Part shown: positions 45,034 through 53,763 of the stretch, piece after piece
How positions within the stretch are numbered: the stretch's first letter is position 1
How the letters are laid out: the number at the start of each line of letters is the position of its first letter
Virus record (IMG/VR): IMGVR_UViG_3300020046_004224
DNA from: a virus
Lineage: Duplodnaviria; Caudoviricetes
Strand: one strand, 5' to 3'
DNA: 64,000 nt
The notes under the pieces: generated by a model
The model's input: only the letters and a program-made list of their open reading frames with translations
Told to the model about the DNA's origin: nothing
Database searches by the model: none
Program-made: the position numbers and the translations under genes

Positions 45034-45169
45034 AAGTCATCAACCGCAATTATAACTTCTAAAGCAAAATCGCCGCCGAAAGGCTTTCGGGTTCAAGTCC
45101 CGACATAACCTTAACTGGCTGTGGTGAAATTGGTAAACACGGCGAAAAAGAAAACAAAATGGTGACTTG
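45034..45169 (+). ncRNA. CAGCA-motif Y-like RNA unit 7 (permuted type-II tRNA domain)
   Basis: AAGTCATCA...TGGTGACTT-G; ACCGCAA; variable arm GCC-GAAA-GGC, T arm TCGGG-TTCAAGT-CCCGA, Leu-like D arm GTG-AAATTGGTAAA-CAC. Confidence 0.78.
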
Positions 45170-45173
45170 AATA

Positions 45174-45353
45174 AAAATTCTAACAGCATATTAAATAATA
45201 AATAACGGCTCTAAGGTACTATAAGTCGGGAAACTGATCCAGGATGGTCTAATAAATGCTCGCTAAATCGAAAGACATGTGAGAAAGACGGGACAAAGGA
45301 TGGTAATCGAAAGACCCATAATCTGTAAGCCACATAAAAAAGATAGAATTTTG
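45174..45353 (+). ncRNA. CAGCA-motif Y-like RNA unit 8 (large GAAA-loop-rich domain)
   Basis: AAAATTCTA...TAGAATTTT-G; ACAGCA; several GAAA-capped hairpins. Confidence 0.68.
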
Positions 45354-45419
45354 AAAATATAAAATTACGTTTCACGGGATTGTCTGCCTTTGTTTTGTGT
45401 TTATATTTCATATTTGTTG

Positions 45420-45458
45420 AAAAAACCCCATAGGAGCGATTCTATGGGGTTTTTATTT
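45420..45458 (+). terminator. Intrinsic terminator closing the RNA array
   Basis: aaaaaccccatagga-gcga-ttctatggggttttt. Confidence 0.8.
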
Positions 45459-45494
45459 GTATTGACTGTATAACAAACATTACTAAATAGCAGT

Positions 45495-45665
45495 ATGGTT
45501 ACTTCTCTTATTACTCTTTTAATTCTTGCCCTTGTTTTATGGCTTATTTATTTCGTTGTTGGGAAGTTTATCTCTGATACACCTCTTCAAATTATTGGAA
45601 TTATTTTAGGTCTTGTATTCCTTGTTAAGGCATTGGCGGCATTTGGAATATCCACAGGCTTATAA
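45495..45665 (+). CDS. Small two-TM membrane protein (56 aa, not in the ORF track)
   Basis: MVTSLITLLILALVLWLIYFVVGKFISDTPLQIIGIILGLVFLVKALAAFGISTGL*, preceded by TAAATA. Confidence 0.6.
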   Translation: MVTSLITLLILALVLWLIYFVVGKFISDTPLQIIGIILGLVFLVKALAAFGISTGL

Positions 45666-45675
45666 ATATATAATA

Positions 45676-46104
45676 ATGAAATTTGATCAATTCGTATCTT
45701 CCATAATAGAGAACCACAGAACTGTAAAGTATAGTGCATTAGTTCTCGATGATCAATCTCGTAATAAACTTCTAAATAATAAAGAGGTTATGAATAATGT
45801 GACGGATGAGCATGAAGTTATATGTCACCATATGACCATTAAAATGGGTGGACTGGTTGGAACGCCTCATGAATCACGGATCGGTGATAAAGAGGATATT
45901 ATTGCCACTCATGTCGGAAAGACTGACGATGACAATGTTATTGCTGTAAAAGTGAACGGAAGGAGTGACAACAGAACTCCACATGTGACAATTGCAGTAA
46001 ATCGTCAAAAAGGAGGAAAACCCGTTCATAGTAATACTATATCTGATTGGATATTGTTGAATAAATCAATACAACTTTCGGGCACAGTTGAAGAAATTTT
46101 TTAA
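45676..46104 (+). CDS. 2H phosphoesterase (tRNA-ligase CPDase-like)
   Basis: Two HxT motifs, HHMTI and PHVTI, plus KPVHSN; ATG follows TATAAATA. Confidence 0.75.
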   Translation: MKFDQFVSSIIENHRTVKYSALVLDDQSRNKLLNNKEVMNNVTDEHEVICHHMTIKMGGLVGTPHESRIGDKEDIIATHVGKTDDDNVIAVKVNGRSDNRTPHVTIAVNRQKGGKPVHSNTISDWILLNKSIQLSGTVEEIF

Positions 46105-46219
46105 ATTTAAACACAAAAAACTCGCCGTAAAAAGCGAGTTTTTTGTTATTTAGATGTAGAATCGAAGGTTTCAAAAGGTTATAGTAAAAGCCTTTAGAAA
46201 CAGTAAATACCTTAACGCA

Positions 46220-47239
46220 ATGAGCAATTCTCCCGAAGATTTAAATATAAAAATTATCCCGAAGCAATCAATATTCGAAGAGCAAATATCACGAAAACCA
46301 GACCACTATCCTTGGACGCAGGATTTTATAAAAGCACTCCAAGATGGTTTCTGGACAAATAGAGAATTCAACTTTCAAAGTGATATTCAAGATTTTCGAG
46401 TTAAGCTAACTAAAGAAGAACAAGAGATAATAATCCGTGCATTAGCAACTATAGGACAGCTTGAGATATCAGTTAAGAAATTTTGGGCCAAGCTAGGAGA
46501 TAATCTACCCAAACCTTCGCTATATGATTTGGGATTTGTAATGGCTAATACCGAGGTTATTCATGGCGATGCATACGAGCGTTTATTAGAGGTCTTGGGT
46601 ATTGATGACACGTTCAATGAAATATTGAAGTTGGATATTATTAAAGGACGGGTTAATTATCTTAAAAAGCATACACATAAATTTCATAGTGACAACAAGA
46701 AACAATTTATATATTCACTTATTCTCTTCACATTATTCATTGAAAATATTGCACTGTTCTCGCAGTTCTATACCATAAACTGGTTCGGGAGATATAAGAA
46801 TGTATTAAAGGATACTAATAAACAAGTTGAATATACTTCCAGAGAAGAGGATTTACATGCAAAGATCGGAATACGAATTATCAAAGATATCCGCGAACAA
46901 CATCCCGAATTATTTGATGATGAATTGAAAGAGAAGATTCTATATGAATCCGAACAAGCTGTTAAGTATGAATGTGAAATCGTCGAATGGAGTATCAACG
47001 GATATAATGAGGAAAACTTGAGTAGTGCAGTTGTTCAAGAATTGATTAAACATCGTATGAATGATTCGTTGGTAGAGATTGGATATGATAGAATATTCGT
47101 AGTGGACGAATCATTACTAGCCAAAACAAGTTGGTTTAATGAACAACTCTATGGAAATAATATGACGGATTTTTTCCACTCACGCCCCGTAGAATATTCT
47201 AAGAATGCACAATCATTTGATGAGGAGGATTTATTTTAA
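46220..47239 (+). CDS. nrdB: Ribonucleotide reductase class I beta subunit
   Basis: FW...E, EVIH..AY, E...LFSQF, REEDLH, TDFF..RPVEY. Confidence 0.93.
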   Translation: MSNSPEDLNIKIIPKQSIFEEQISRKPDHYPWTQDFIKALQDGFWTNREFNFQSDIQDFRVKLTKEEQEIIIRALATIGQLEISVKKFWAKLGDNLPKPSLYDLGFVMANTEVIHGDAYERLLEVLGIDDTFNEILKLDIIKGRVNYLKKHTHKFHSDNKKQFIYSLILFTLFIENIALFSQFYTINWFGRYKNVLKDTNKQVEYTSREEDLHAKIGIRIIKDIREQHPELFDDELKEKILYESEQAVKYECEIVEWSINGYNEENLSSAVVQELIKHRMNDSLVEIGYDRIFVVDESLLAKTSWFNEQLYGNNMTDFFHSRPVEYSKNAQSFDEEDLF

Positions 47240-47242
47240 TTT

Positions 47243-48895
47243 ATGGAAAAATATTATTGGTTGAATAGTCATAGTCGCCTCTTTCTCGAAAGAGGATACC
47301 TTACAGAGGGCGTAACCCCAGAACAACGTTATAGGCATATTGCCGAACATGCACAGAGTATATTAGGAATAGAAGGGTTTGCAGATAAGTTCGAAGACTA
47401 TCTATCTCGCGGATTCTATTCATTAGCCACTCCAATTATTACTAACTTTGGTAATAAAAGAGGATTGCCTGTCAGTTGTTTCAATAGTCATGTTTCTGAT
47501 GATACTGCGAAGATTTTTGAGAAGGTCGGAGAGGTTGGTATTATGTCAAAGATGGGCGGAGGAACGTCAGGATTCTTTGGAGATTTACGTCCTAGAGGAT
47601 CGCAGATTCAAGGTGGTGCGGGCGGAGAAACGGATGGTCCTGTGCGGTTTATGGAACTCTTCGATAAGACTGCTGATGTCATCTCACAAGGCTCTAGTCG
47701 TCGTGGATCATTCGCCGCATACCTTCCTGTAGAACATCCTGATATAGAAGAGTTTTTACAGATACGAGATGAAGGACATCCAATTCAAAATATGAGCATA
47801 GGTGTAACTATCACTGATGCATGGATGACCGAAATGACAGAAGGCGATAAGGTGAAGCGTAAATTATGGGGTAAGATAATTAAGAAGAGGTTTGAGAGTG
47901 GATACCCTTACATTTCTTTTATAGATACCATTAACAATAATGCACCACAAGTTTATAAAGATAAGGGATTGAAGATAAAGTCCCAAAACCTATGTAATGA
48001 AATTGCACTATTCTCGGATGAAAATAATTCATTCGTTTGTGTATTATCCTCATTAAATCTGCTTCATTGGGAAGAAATCATAGAGACGGATGCTATCGAA
48101 ACCTTAATATATTTTCTTGATGCTGTTAATGAAGAGTTTGTTCGTAAAACCGAAGGTATGCGATTTATGGAGGCACCTCATAATTTTGCCAAAACACATA
48201 GAGCATTAGGTATGGGTGTATTAGGATGGCATTCTTTCTTACAATCAAAGATGATTCCGTTTGAAAGTCTTATGGCTAGTTCATGGAACAATTCTATTTG
48301 GACAGTTATCAGAGAACGTGCAGACAAGGCTACCGAACATTTGGCGGAACTTCTAGGAGAGGCAGAGATTTTAAAAGGTTATGGAAGACGGAATGTGACA
48401 ACACTGGCAATTGCACCTACTACATCCTCATCATTTATTTTAGGACAAGTGTCTCCAAGTATAGAGCCAGAAAACTCAAACTATTTTGTTAAAAAACTAG
48501 CAAAGGGTTCTTTCACATATAAAAATCCGTATCTCAAAAAGGTATTGAAGGAATATGATAAAAATACGGAATCTGTTTGGGAGAGTATTCTCCTTCGTGG
48601 TGGAAGTGTTCAACACTTAGATTTCTTATCAGACAACGAACGTGATGTGTTTAAAACGTTCGACGAAACATCACAAATCGAAATAGTCAATCAGGCAGCA
48701 CAAAGACAACAAAAGATTGACCAAAGCCAATCCTTAAACCTTTCGATTCCAGCACTTACAAAACCAAAAGAATTAAGTACACTCCTTATTGATGGATGGA
48801 GAAAAGGAGTTAAGGGTTATTACTATCAACGTTCCACAAACCCATCTCAAGAACTGGCACGGAAAATAATGACTTGTGCATCATGTGAATCATAA
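47243..48895 (+). CDS. nrdA: Ribonucleotide reductase class I alpha subunit (no ATP cone)
   Basis: PVSCF, GGGT, QG..RRG, NLCNEI, VCVLSS, APTTSSS, YYYQ, C-terminal CASCE. Confidence 0.95.
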   Translation: MEKYYWLNSHSRLFLERGYLTEGVTPEQRYRHIAEHAQSILGIEGFADKFEDYLSRGFYSLATPIITNFGNKRGLPVSCFNSHVSDDTAKIFEKVGEVGIMSKMGGGTSGFFGDLRPRGSQIQGGAGGETDGPVRFMELFDKTADVISQGSSRRGSFAAYLPVEHPDIEEFLQIRDEGHPIQNMSIGVTITDAWMTEMTEGDKVKRKLWGKIIKKRFESGYPYISFIDTINNNAPQVYKDKGLKIKSQNLCNEIALFSDENNSFVCVLSSLNLLHWEEIIETDAIETLIYFLDAVNEEFVRKTEGMRFMEAPHNFAKTHRALGMGVLGWHSFLQSKMIPFESLMASSWNNSIWTVIRERADKATEHLAELLGEAEILKGYGRRNVTTLAIAPTTSSSFILGQVSPSIEPENSNYFVKKLAKGSFTYKNPYLKKVLKEYDKNTESVWESILLRGGSVQHLDFLSDNERDVFKTFDETSQIEIVNQAAQRQQKIDQSQSLNLSIPALTKPKELSTLLIDGWRKGVKGYYYQRSTNPSQELARKIMTCASCES

Positions 48896-49585
48896 TATAT
48901 GAAACAAAAAGAAACTTGGGCAGAAAGGGTCTGTAGAGAGAATCGATCTATTTGTAATAAACTGACCGATAAAGAACGGGCCGAATTACTTAAAATAGCA
49001 AAATCTATTATAACTACCAAACATTAAAAATAAAAGGAGTACTTGACTGTACTCCTTTTTTTGTTACAATACCCTATGAGTAAAACAATCACAATTCCAG
49101 TTGTAACACGAACACAAGATAATGGCGATGGAGGTTATACGACCTATGTCTATAATAACAACGATGAACTTATTAAGGATCATCCGAAGTCGAAAAGTTA
49201 TGCTATTATCGATGGAGTACATATGAACCGTGACACATTCACAGTCAATAAAATAGAAAACAAATAACATGAAAAACAACATTCAAAAACTAATCGATTT
49301 TTTCAGTAATCCGAGTAATCGGTGCAAGGGCAGTTATGCTCGCGGAAATAAACTATGCCTTCTCGGTGCAATGGGACATTTCTTCAATACAAATCAAGAA
49401 CGTGCGCTTAGAGTATTTCTCCTTGATCGTCTCGAACTGTTTGTGGCAAATCATAATCGGAAATTCGCCAATAGTAAGGAGACAGGATATATCAATATTC
49501 AAAATCTAAATCTTGCCACATTCAATGATGAGGTAGATAACACAACTCTTTTAAATTTCCTCGGTTCTTGCCAAGCAGAAGCATA

Positions 49586-49741
49586 AAGGTCGAAACTTTC
49601 CGCGATAAAGATGGTAAATTCTTTGTCGGACTTGAAGGCGAACACGAATCCTATATGAATACAGTCTTTGAAAATGGAGTAATCACCAAAGAATACACTT
49701 TCCAAGAGGTTCGTGATAATGCAGCATCTTTCCTAAAATAA
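49586..49741 (+). pseudogene. Remnant resembling the C-terminus of nicotinamide phosphoribosyltransferase (NadV)
   Basis: Start-less frame KVETFRDKDGKFFVG...MNTVFENGVITKEYTFQEVRDNAASFLK*. Confidence 0.55.
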
Positions 49742-49744
49742 TCT

Positions 49745-50392
49745 ATGATTAAATACCTAAAAAACCAATGGATGTGGTTCAAGATTGATAATGCACCGAT
49801 ACTCGGTGATGATAAAGGCAATGCGTTTTTCATTAAACGTGTTCAAAAGGCTAATCCCGAATGGAGCACCGTCAAAATCAATCTTTTGATTGAAGAGTAT
49901 AAACAATTCATGTACCTTGCTGGGACATCTGATGAAGATTGTACTCCTTCCCAAGATGTTGACAAAGTTTGGCATGAACATATTCTATTCACAAAAGATT
50001 ATTACGATTATTGTAATAACATCATCGGAAAGATCATTCACCATAAACCAGAACGTGAAAACGACGATTCGAAAAAATATGAGAAAGCTTTTGAAAAGAC
50101 AAATGCTAAAAAGAAGGCAGCGTTCAAACCCGCTCCTTCACCTAAGCCAAGTGTGGTTTCTCCGTCTATTGTTCAACCAGCGGACACGTCATTGACTGAT
50201 ATGTTGCTAATGCAAACTATTCTCAATAATAATGATACTCCTCCTGTATCACATGAGCCATGTCACGATTCATCACCATCTCATGCATCTTGTAGTAGTC
50301 ATTCAGAATCATCACATTCGTCTTGTAGCAGTTCATCATGTTCGTCTTCATCTTGTAGCAGTTCATCCTGTGGAGGAGGCGGCGGAGATTAA
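49745..50392 (+). CDS. Glycine-rich-domain (DUF1399-like) protein with a Ser/Cys tail
   Basis: EEYKQF..L...PS..VDKVWHEHIL.T..Y..YC...IHH.P; tail SSCSSSSCSSSSCSSSSCGGGGGD. Confidence 0.7.
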   Translation: MIKYLKNQWMWFKIDNAPILGDDKGNAFFIKRVQKANPEWSTVKINLLIEEYKQFMYLAGTSDEDCTPSQDVDKVWHEHILFTKDYYDYCNNIIGKIIHHKPERENDDSKKYEKAFEKTNAKKKAAFKPAPSPKPSVVSPSIVQPADTSLTDMLLMQTILNNNDTPPVSHEPCHDSSPSHASCSSHSESSHSSCSSSSCSSSSCSSSSCGGGGGD

Positions 50393-50394
50393 TT

Positions 50395-50865
50395 ATGATT
50401 AAGATAAAATGCCCCGATCATTATAAGAATTATTATACAGAGGATGATTTTTTGTCTCGGAATACTCTATTCCTCGCAGGTTCTATCTCAAATGCCGCCG
50501 ATTGGCAGACTTATACAGAAGAACGTCTTTCTAAATGTTTACACACAGTCAATCCAAGGAGAGATAATTTTGATAAATCCGATCCGTCGATGGAGCGAGA
50601 ACAGATTACATGGGAATATGAACATTTAGAATATTCTGGTATATTGCCGTTTTATTTCAGTCATGAGACGGTGGCACCTATTACATTATTTGAATATGGG
50701 TGCTATCTCGAAACAGATAAAGAAATCTATGTTGCAATTCATCCAGATTACCCACGAAAAAATGATGTAATTATTCAAACAGAATTACGTCACCCCTTCT
50801 TAGCAAAGAAAATACGGTTTGATTTAGATGATTCAATCAACGATATTCTAAAAGATTATGAGTGA
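50395..50865 (+). CDS. Nucleoside 2-deoxyribosyltransferase-like protein
   Basis: FLAGSI....WQ, NPRR, QITWE, PITLFEYG. Confidence 0.75.
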   Translation: MIKIKCPDHYKNYYTEDDFLSRNTLFLAGSISNAADWQTYTEERLSKCLHTVNPRRDNFDKSDPSMEREQITWEYEHLEYSGILPFYFSHETVAPITLFEYGCYLETDKEIYVAIHPDYPRKNDVIIQTELRHPFLAKKIRFDLDDSINDILKDYE

Positions 50866-51691
50866 TAGAAAAACAATTGTAATAGGTGATGGTTATGTAG
50901 GCTCTGCATTTAAAAATGTGTATGAAATTTGGAATGAAAAGATTCTCGAAAATCAAGAATGGAGATACCTTCTTTTAGATGTTTCTACCATCATCTATAC
51001 GGTTGATAATCGTTCGAACCATATTCGCGACAATTGGGAAGATAACTATAAAAAAATATATGATCTTCTTGAACACGGTAAAAAATTCAATATCAAAATT
51101 GTATATATCTCGACTGCTGATTTGTATGGAAATTGTTGGGATTGGGAATCAAATAGGGAGACTTCTAGGGCACTCGACATGAACACTGACTATAGGTTGA
51201 CCAAACATGTTGCAGAACGCGCCCTAGACGGCTCTAACAGCCTAATACTGCGCATCAAGAATCCTTTCGATGATCGAGTCCATGAAGATAATTGGTTGGT
51301 GAGTAATTTAACCAGAGATAAGCTGTTCTGTTGGCAAGATTCATACACATATCTCCCTGATTTAGTAAAAGCCTGTCAGACATTGATAGAAAAAGACGAA
51401 AGTGGAATATTCAATGTGGTTCAAAGTACTGCGGCATCAGTTGTGTACTTTTATAAGAATATTCTTCAATTGCCGAAGTTTATGGTATTGGATGGTGATA
51501 TACTAGACAATCCCCAACTTAATAATAGTTTGGATAATATCGTTGTACATGCGGATGTGAATTCGGAAAAAATTGAAAAGCATATTGAACTAATGCCCTT
51601 GGGTGCAGCAGTCATTCTATCTTGGGATGCAATACAAAAAGGTATTGACAGTATCTTATATGATGGTAGCATACCTTATGGACAACACTAA
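50858..51691 (+). CDS. NAD(P)-dependent epimerase/RmlD-like SDR
   Basis: VIGDGYVGS, VYIST..LYG, YRLTK (YxxxK), G.FNV. Confidence 0.7.
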   Translation: MSDRKTIVIGDGYVGSAFKNVYEIWNEKILENQEWRYLLLDVSTIIYTVDNRSNHIRDNWEDNYKKIYDLLEHGKKFNIKIVYISTADLYGNCWDWESNRETSRALDMNTDYRLTKHVAERALDGSNSLILRIKNPFDDRVHEDNWLVSNLTRDKLFCWQDSYTYLPDLVKACQTLIEKDESGIFNVVQSTAASVVYFYKNILQLPKFMVLDGDILDNPQLNNSLDNIVVHADVNSEKIEKHIELMPLGAAVILSWDAIQKGIDSILYDGSIPYGQH

Positions 51692-52127
51692 CGAAATGGA
51701 ACCAGTCGAACTAACACAACCACTAGAACAAATGATCAATCCACCATCCGACGATTTTATCAACAATCCTATGAGGCGTTCCTTGATGGATATTTGTATT
51801 TGGTGTCCAATCTACACTATTAGTTTCTGGGTCAGTTATTATCTATCATCTTCGTATGTAGATAAACTGAAAAGAAAATTTAACGATAAAACCAAGCAAA
51901 AGAATACTGCCCGAACACTGAAAGAAAAAATCAAGAGAACTGTGCGAACATATCGTTATAATTTCCAAAAATTTAATGATGAAACTTGTCCAACATGTTT
52001 CGAGACAAATGCGGATGGTACTGATTATATTCGAGGAAGTGTTAATTGTATCACAAATAGAAATCCGTATCGGCTACAAGACATGTCCAATGCGTTTAGT
52101 TCTAGACAAGGATGGTAATTAAATAAT

Positions 52128-52454
52128 ATGACACGAACATATATTGCAGGTGGAATGACCGGTATTAAAGATTTTAATTATCCTGCATTCGCGGATATGG
52201 AACGATATTTACTTAATGTAATGGATTGTGCTCATGAAGTTTTAAATCCAATTACTATTGCTGACGGTGATACAACCCAGCCTTATGAATTTTATATTCG
52301 AGAATCCATTAAAATGCTTCTTCGTGCAAATGCAGTTGTATTTCTCGAAGGATGGGAAAAAAGTAATGGTGCGAGACTAGAACATAGTATTGCAAAGGCA
52401 TTGAAGTTGAAGATGTATAATCATAATCTGGAGATTTTGAAAGAAAATGAGTGA
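52128..52454 (+). CDS. DUF4406-like (NDT-fold) protein
   Basis: YIAGGMTG..DFNYPAF, LNP, GWEKSNGARLE. Confidence 0.75.
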   Translation: MTRTYIAGGMTGIKDFNYPAFADMERYLLNVMDCAHEVLNPITIADGDTTQPYEFYIRESIKMLLRANAVVFLEGWEKSNGARLEHSIAKALKLKMYNHNLEILKENE

Positions 52455-52857
52455 TGTCAAACAGGTTATTGTAGTTAGAAAGTTCCCCAAACTTAAAATT
52501 GGAAAATACTGTAGTCAGGTTGCCCATGCATCTATGAGCGTATTCTTCAAATCTTTTGTTCCAGTTACTCGATTTGAAGGTAATACACCTATAGTAAATC
52601 ATTGGGAATTGCCAGGATTAGAGTATTTTGACGAATATATCAATGGTCGATTTAAAAAGATTGTTGTTTATGTCGATACAGAAGAAGAACTTCTTGATAT
52701 TCATAAACGAGCATCTGTTAAAGGAATTCACTGTTCCCTTATTAAGGATGCCGGTCTGACTGAATTTGGCGGAGTTCCGACATATACAGCCGTTGGTATC
52801 GGTCCTTGGGATTCAAAAGAAATCGACGAAATCACTGGACATCTTAAACTATTGTAG
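52447..52857 (+). CDS. pth2: Peptidyl-tRNA hydrolase, Pth2 type
   Basis: KQVIVVR, GK..SQVAHAS, KKIVV, DAGLTEF..PT.TAVGIGP. Confidence 0.9.
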   Translation: MSDVKQVIVVRKFPKLKIGKYCSQVAHASMSVFFKSFVPVTRFEGNTPIVNHWELPGLEYFDEYINGRFKKIVVYVDTEEELLDIHKRASVKGIHCSLIKDAGLTEFGGVPTYTAVGIGPWDSKEIDEITGHLKLL

Positions 52858-52868
52858 TAAGGTCTGAC

Positions 52869-53762
52869 ATGCTCTACAACACACGCATTGCCCCATCGCC
52901 AACAGGATTCATTCATCTTGGTAACATCCGCACGGCATACCATAACTGGCTTGCTGCACGATCAACCGGGGGGAGGTTTGTTCTACGTATTGATGATACT
53001 GATAAAGCTCGTAGTGAAGAACAGTATGTTGATAAAATCTATGAAACTTTCCAATGGCTAGGACTTGATTATGATTCCACATTTCGCCAAAGCTCACGTT
53101 TAGATTTCTATAAAAATCTTGCACATAGGTTGATCAAAGCAGGACTTGCCGAAGAAATCGAAGGTGGTGCAATCCGATTGATTGTTAACTATAAAATTCC
53201 AGAATCTTGGACAGATATTATTGCGGGCAATGTCACCACATCTGCAAAAGATTTAGATGTTTTGAACAATATCATCATCATTCGCAGTGATCAAAATCCT
53301 ACATACAACTTTGCAAGCATTGTCGATGATATGACAACAGAGGTGAATTTGATCATTCGTGGAACTGATCATATCTCAAATACCATCAAACAGCTTGCAA
53401 TCATCGAAGCATTTAAACAATTAGAACATCCTGCGATTGGTATCTTATTTGATCGAGAAGTAAAATTTGCGCATGTCGGATTGGTATTTGAAAAGGGTAA
53501 GAAACTGTCAAAGCGTGACGGCTCAAGCAACTTCGATACACATAGAGATAACGGCACTGATCCTGATGCTATTCTTAACTGGATTCTTCGACTTGGTTGG
53601 AGTCCGTCTGATGCGAATTTCGATGCAAAAGAACCGATTATTACCAAAGACCGTGCCAAGGAAATTTTCTGGACTGATGGCTCTATGAGGAATTCATCCG
53701 CTAGTCTGGATATGAATAAACTGAATTTTTACAACAAAAAATACAAAAACCTAAAGAAATAA
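52869..53762 (+). CDS. Glutamyl-tRNA synthetase catalytic domain only (GluRS/GluQ-like)
   Basis: RIAPSPTGFIHLGN (HIGH), LRIDDTD, PTYNFASIVDD, IRGTDH, KLSKR (KMSKS). Ends before the anticodon-binding domain. Confidence 0.88.
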   Translation: MLYNTRIAPSPTGFIHLGNIRTAYHNWLAARSTGGRFVLRIDDTDKARSEEQYVDKIYETFQWLGLDYDSTFRQSSRLDFYKNLAHRLIKAGLAEEIEGGAIRLIVNYKIPESWTDIIAGNVTTSAKDLDVLNNIIIIRSDQNPTYNFASIVDDMTTEVNLIIRGTDHISNTIKQLAIIEAFKQLEHPAIGILFDREVKFAHVGLVFEKGKKLSKRDGSSNFDTHRDNGTDPDAILNWILRLGWSPSDANFDAKEPIITKDRAKEIFWTDGSMRNSSASLDMNKLNFYNKKYKNLKK

Positions 53763-53763
53763 T

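Noticed and set aside
43786-45353. CRISPR array
   Set aside because: There are no identical direct repeats or regular spacing; only a 5-7 nt motif and the secondary structure recur. No cas genes are present.
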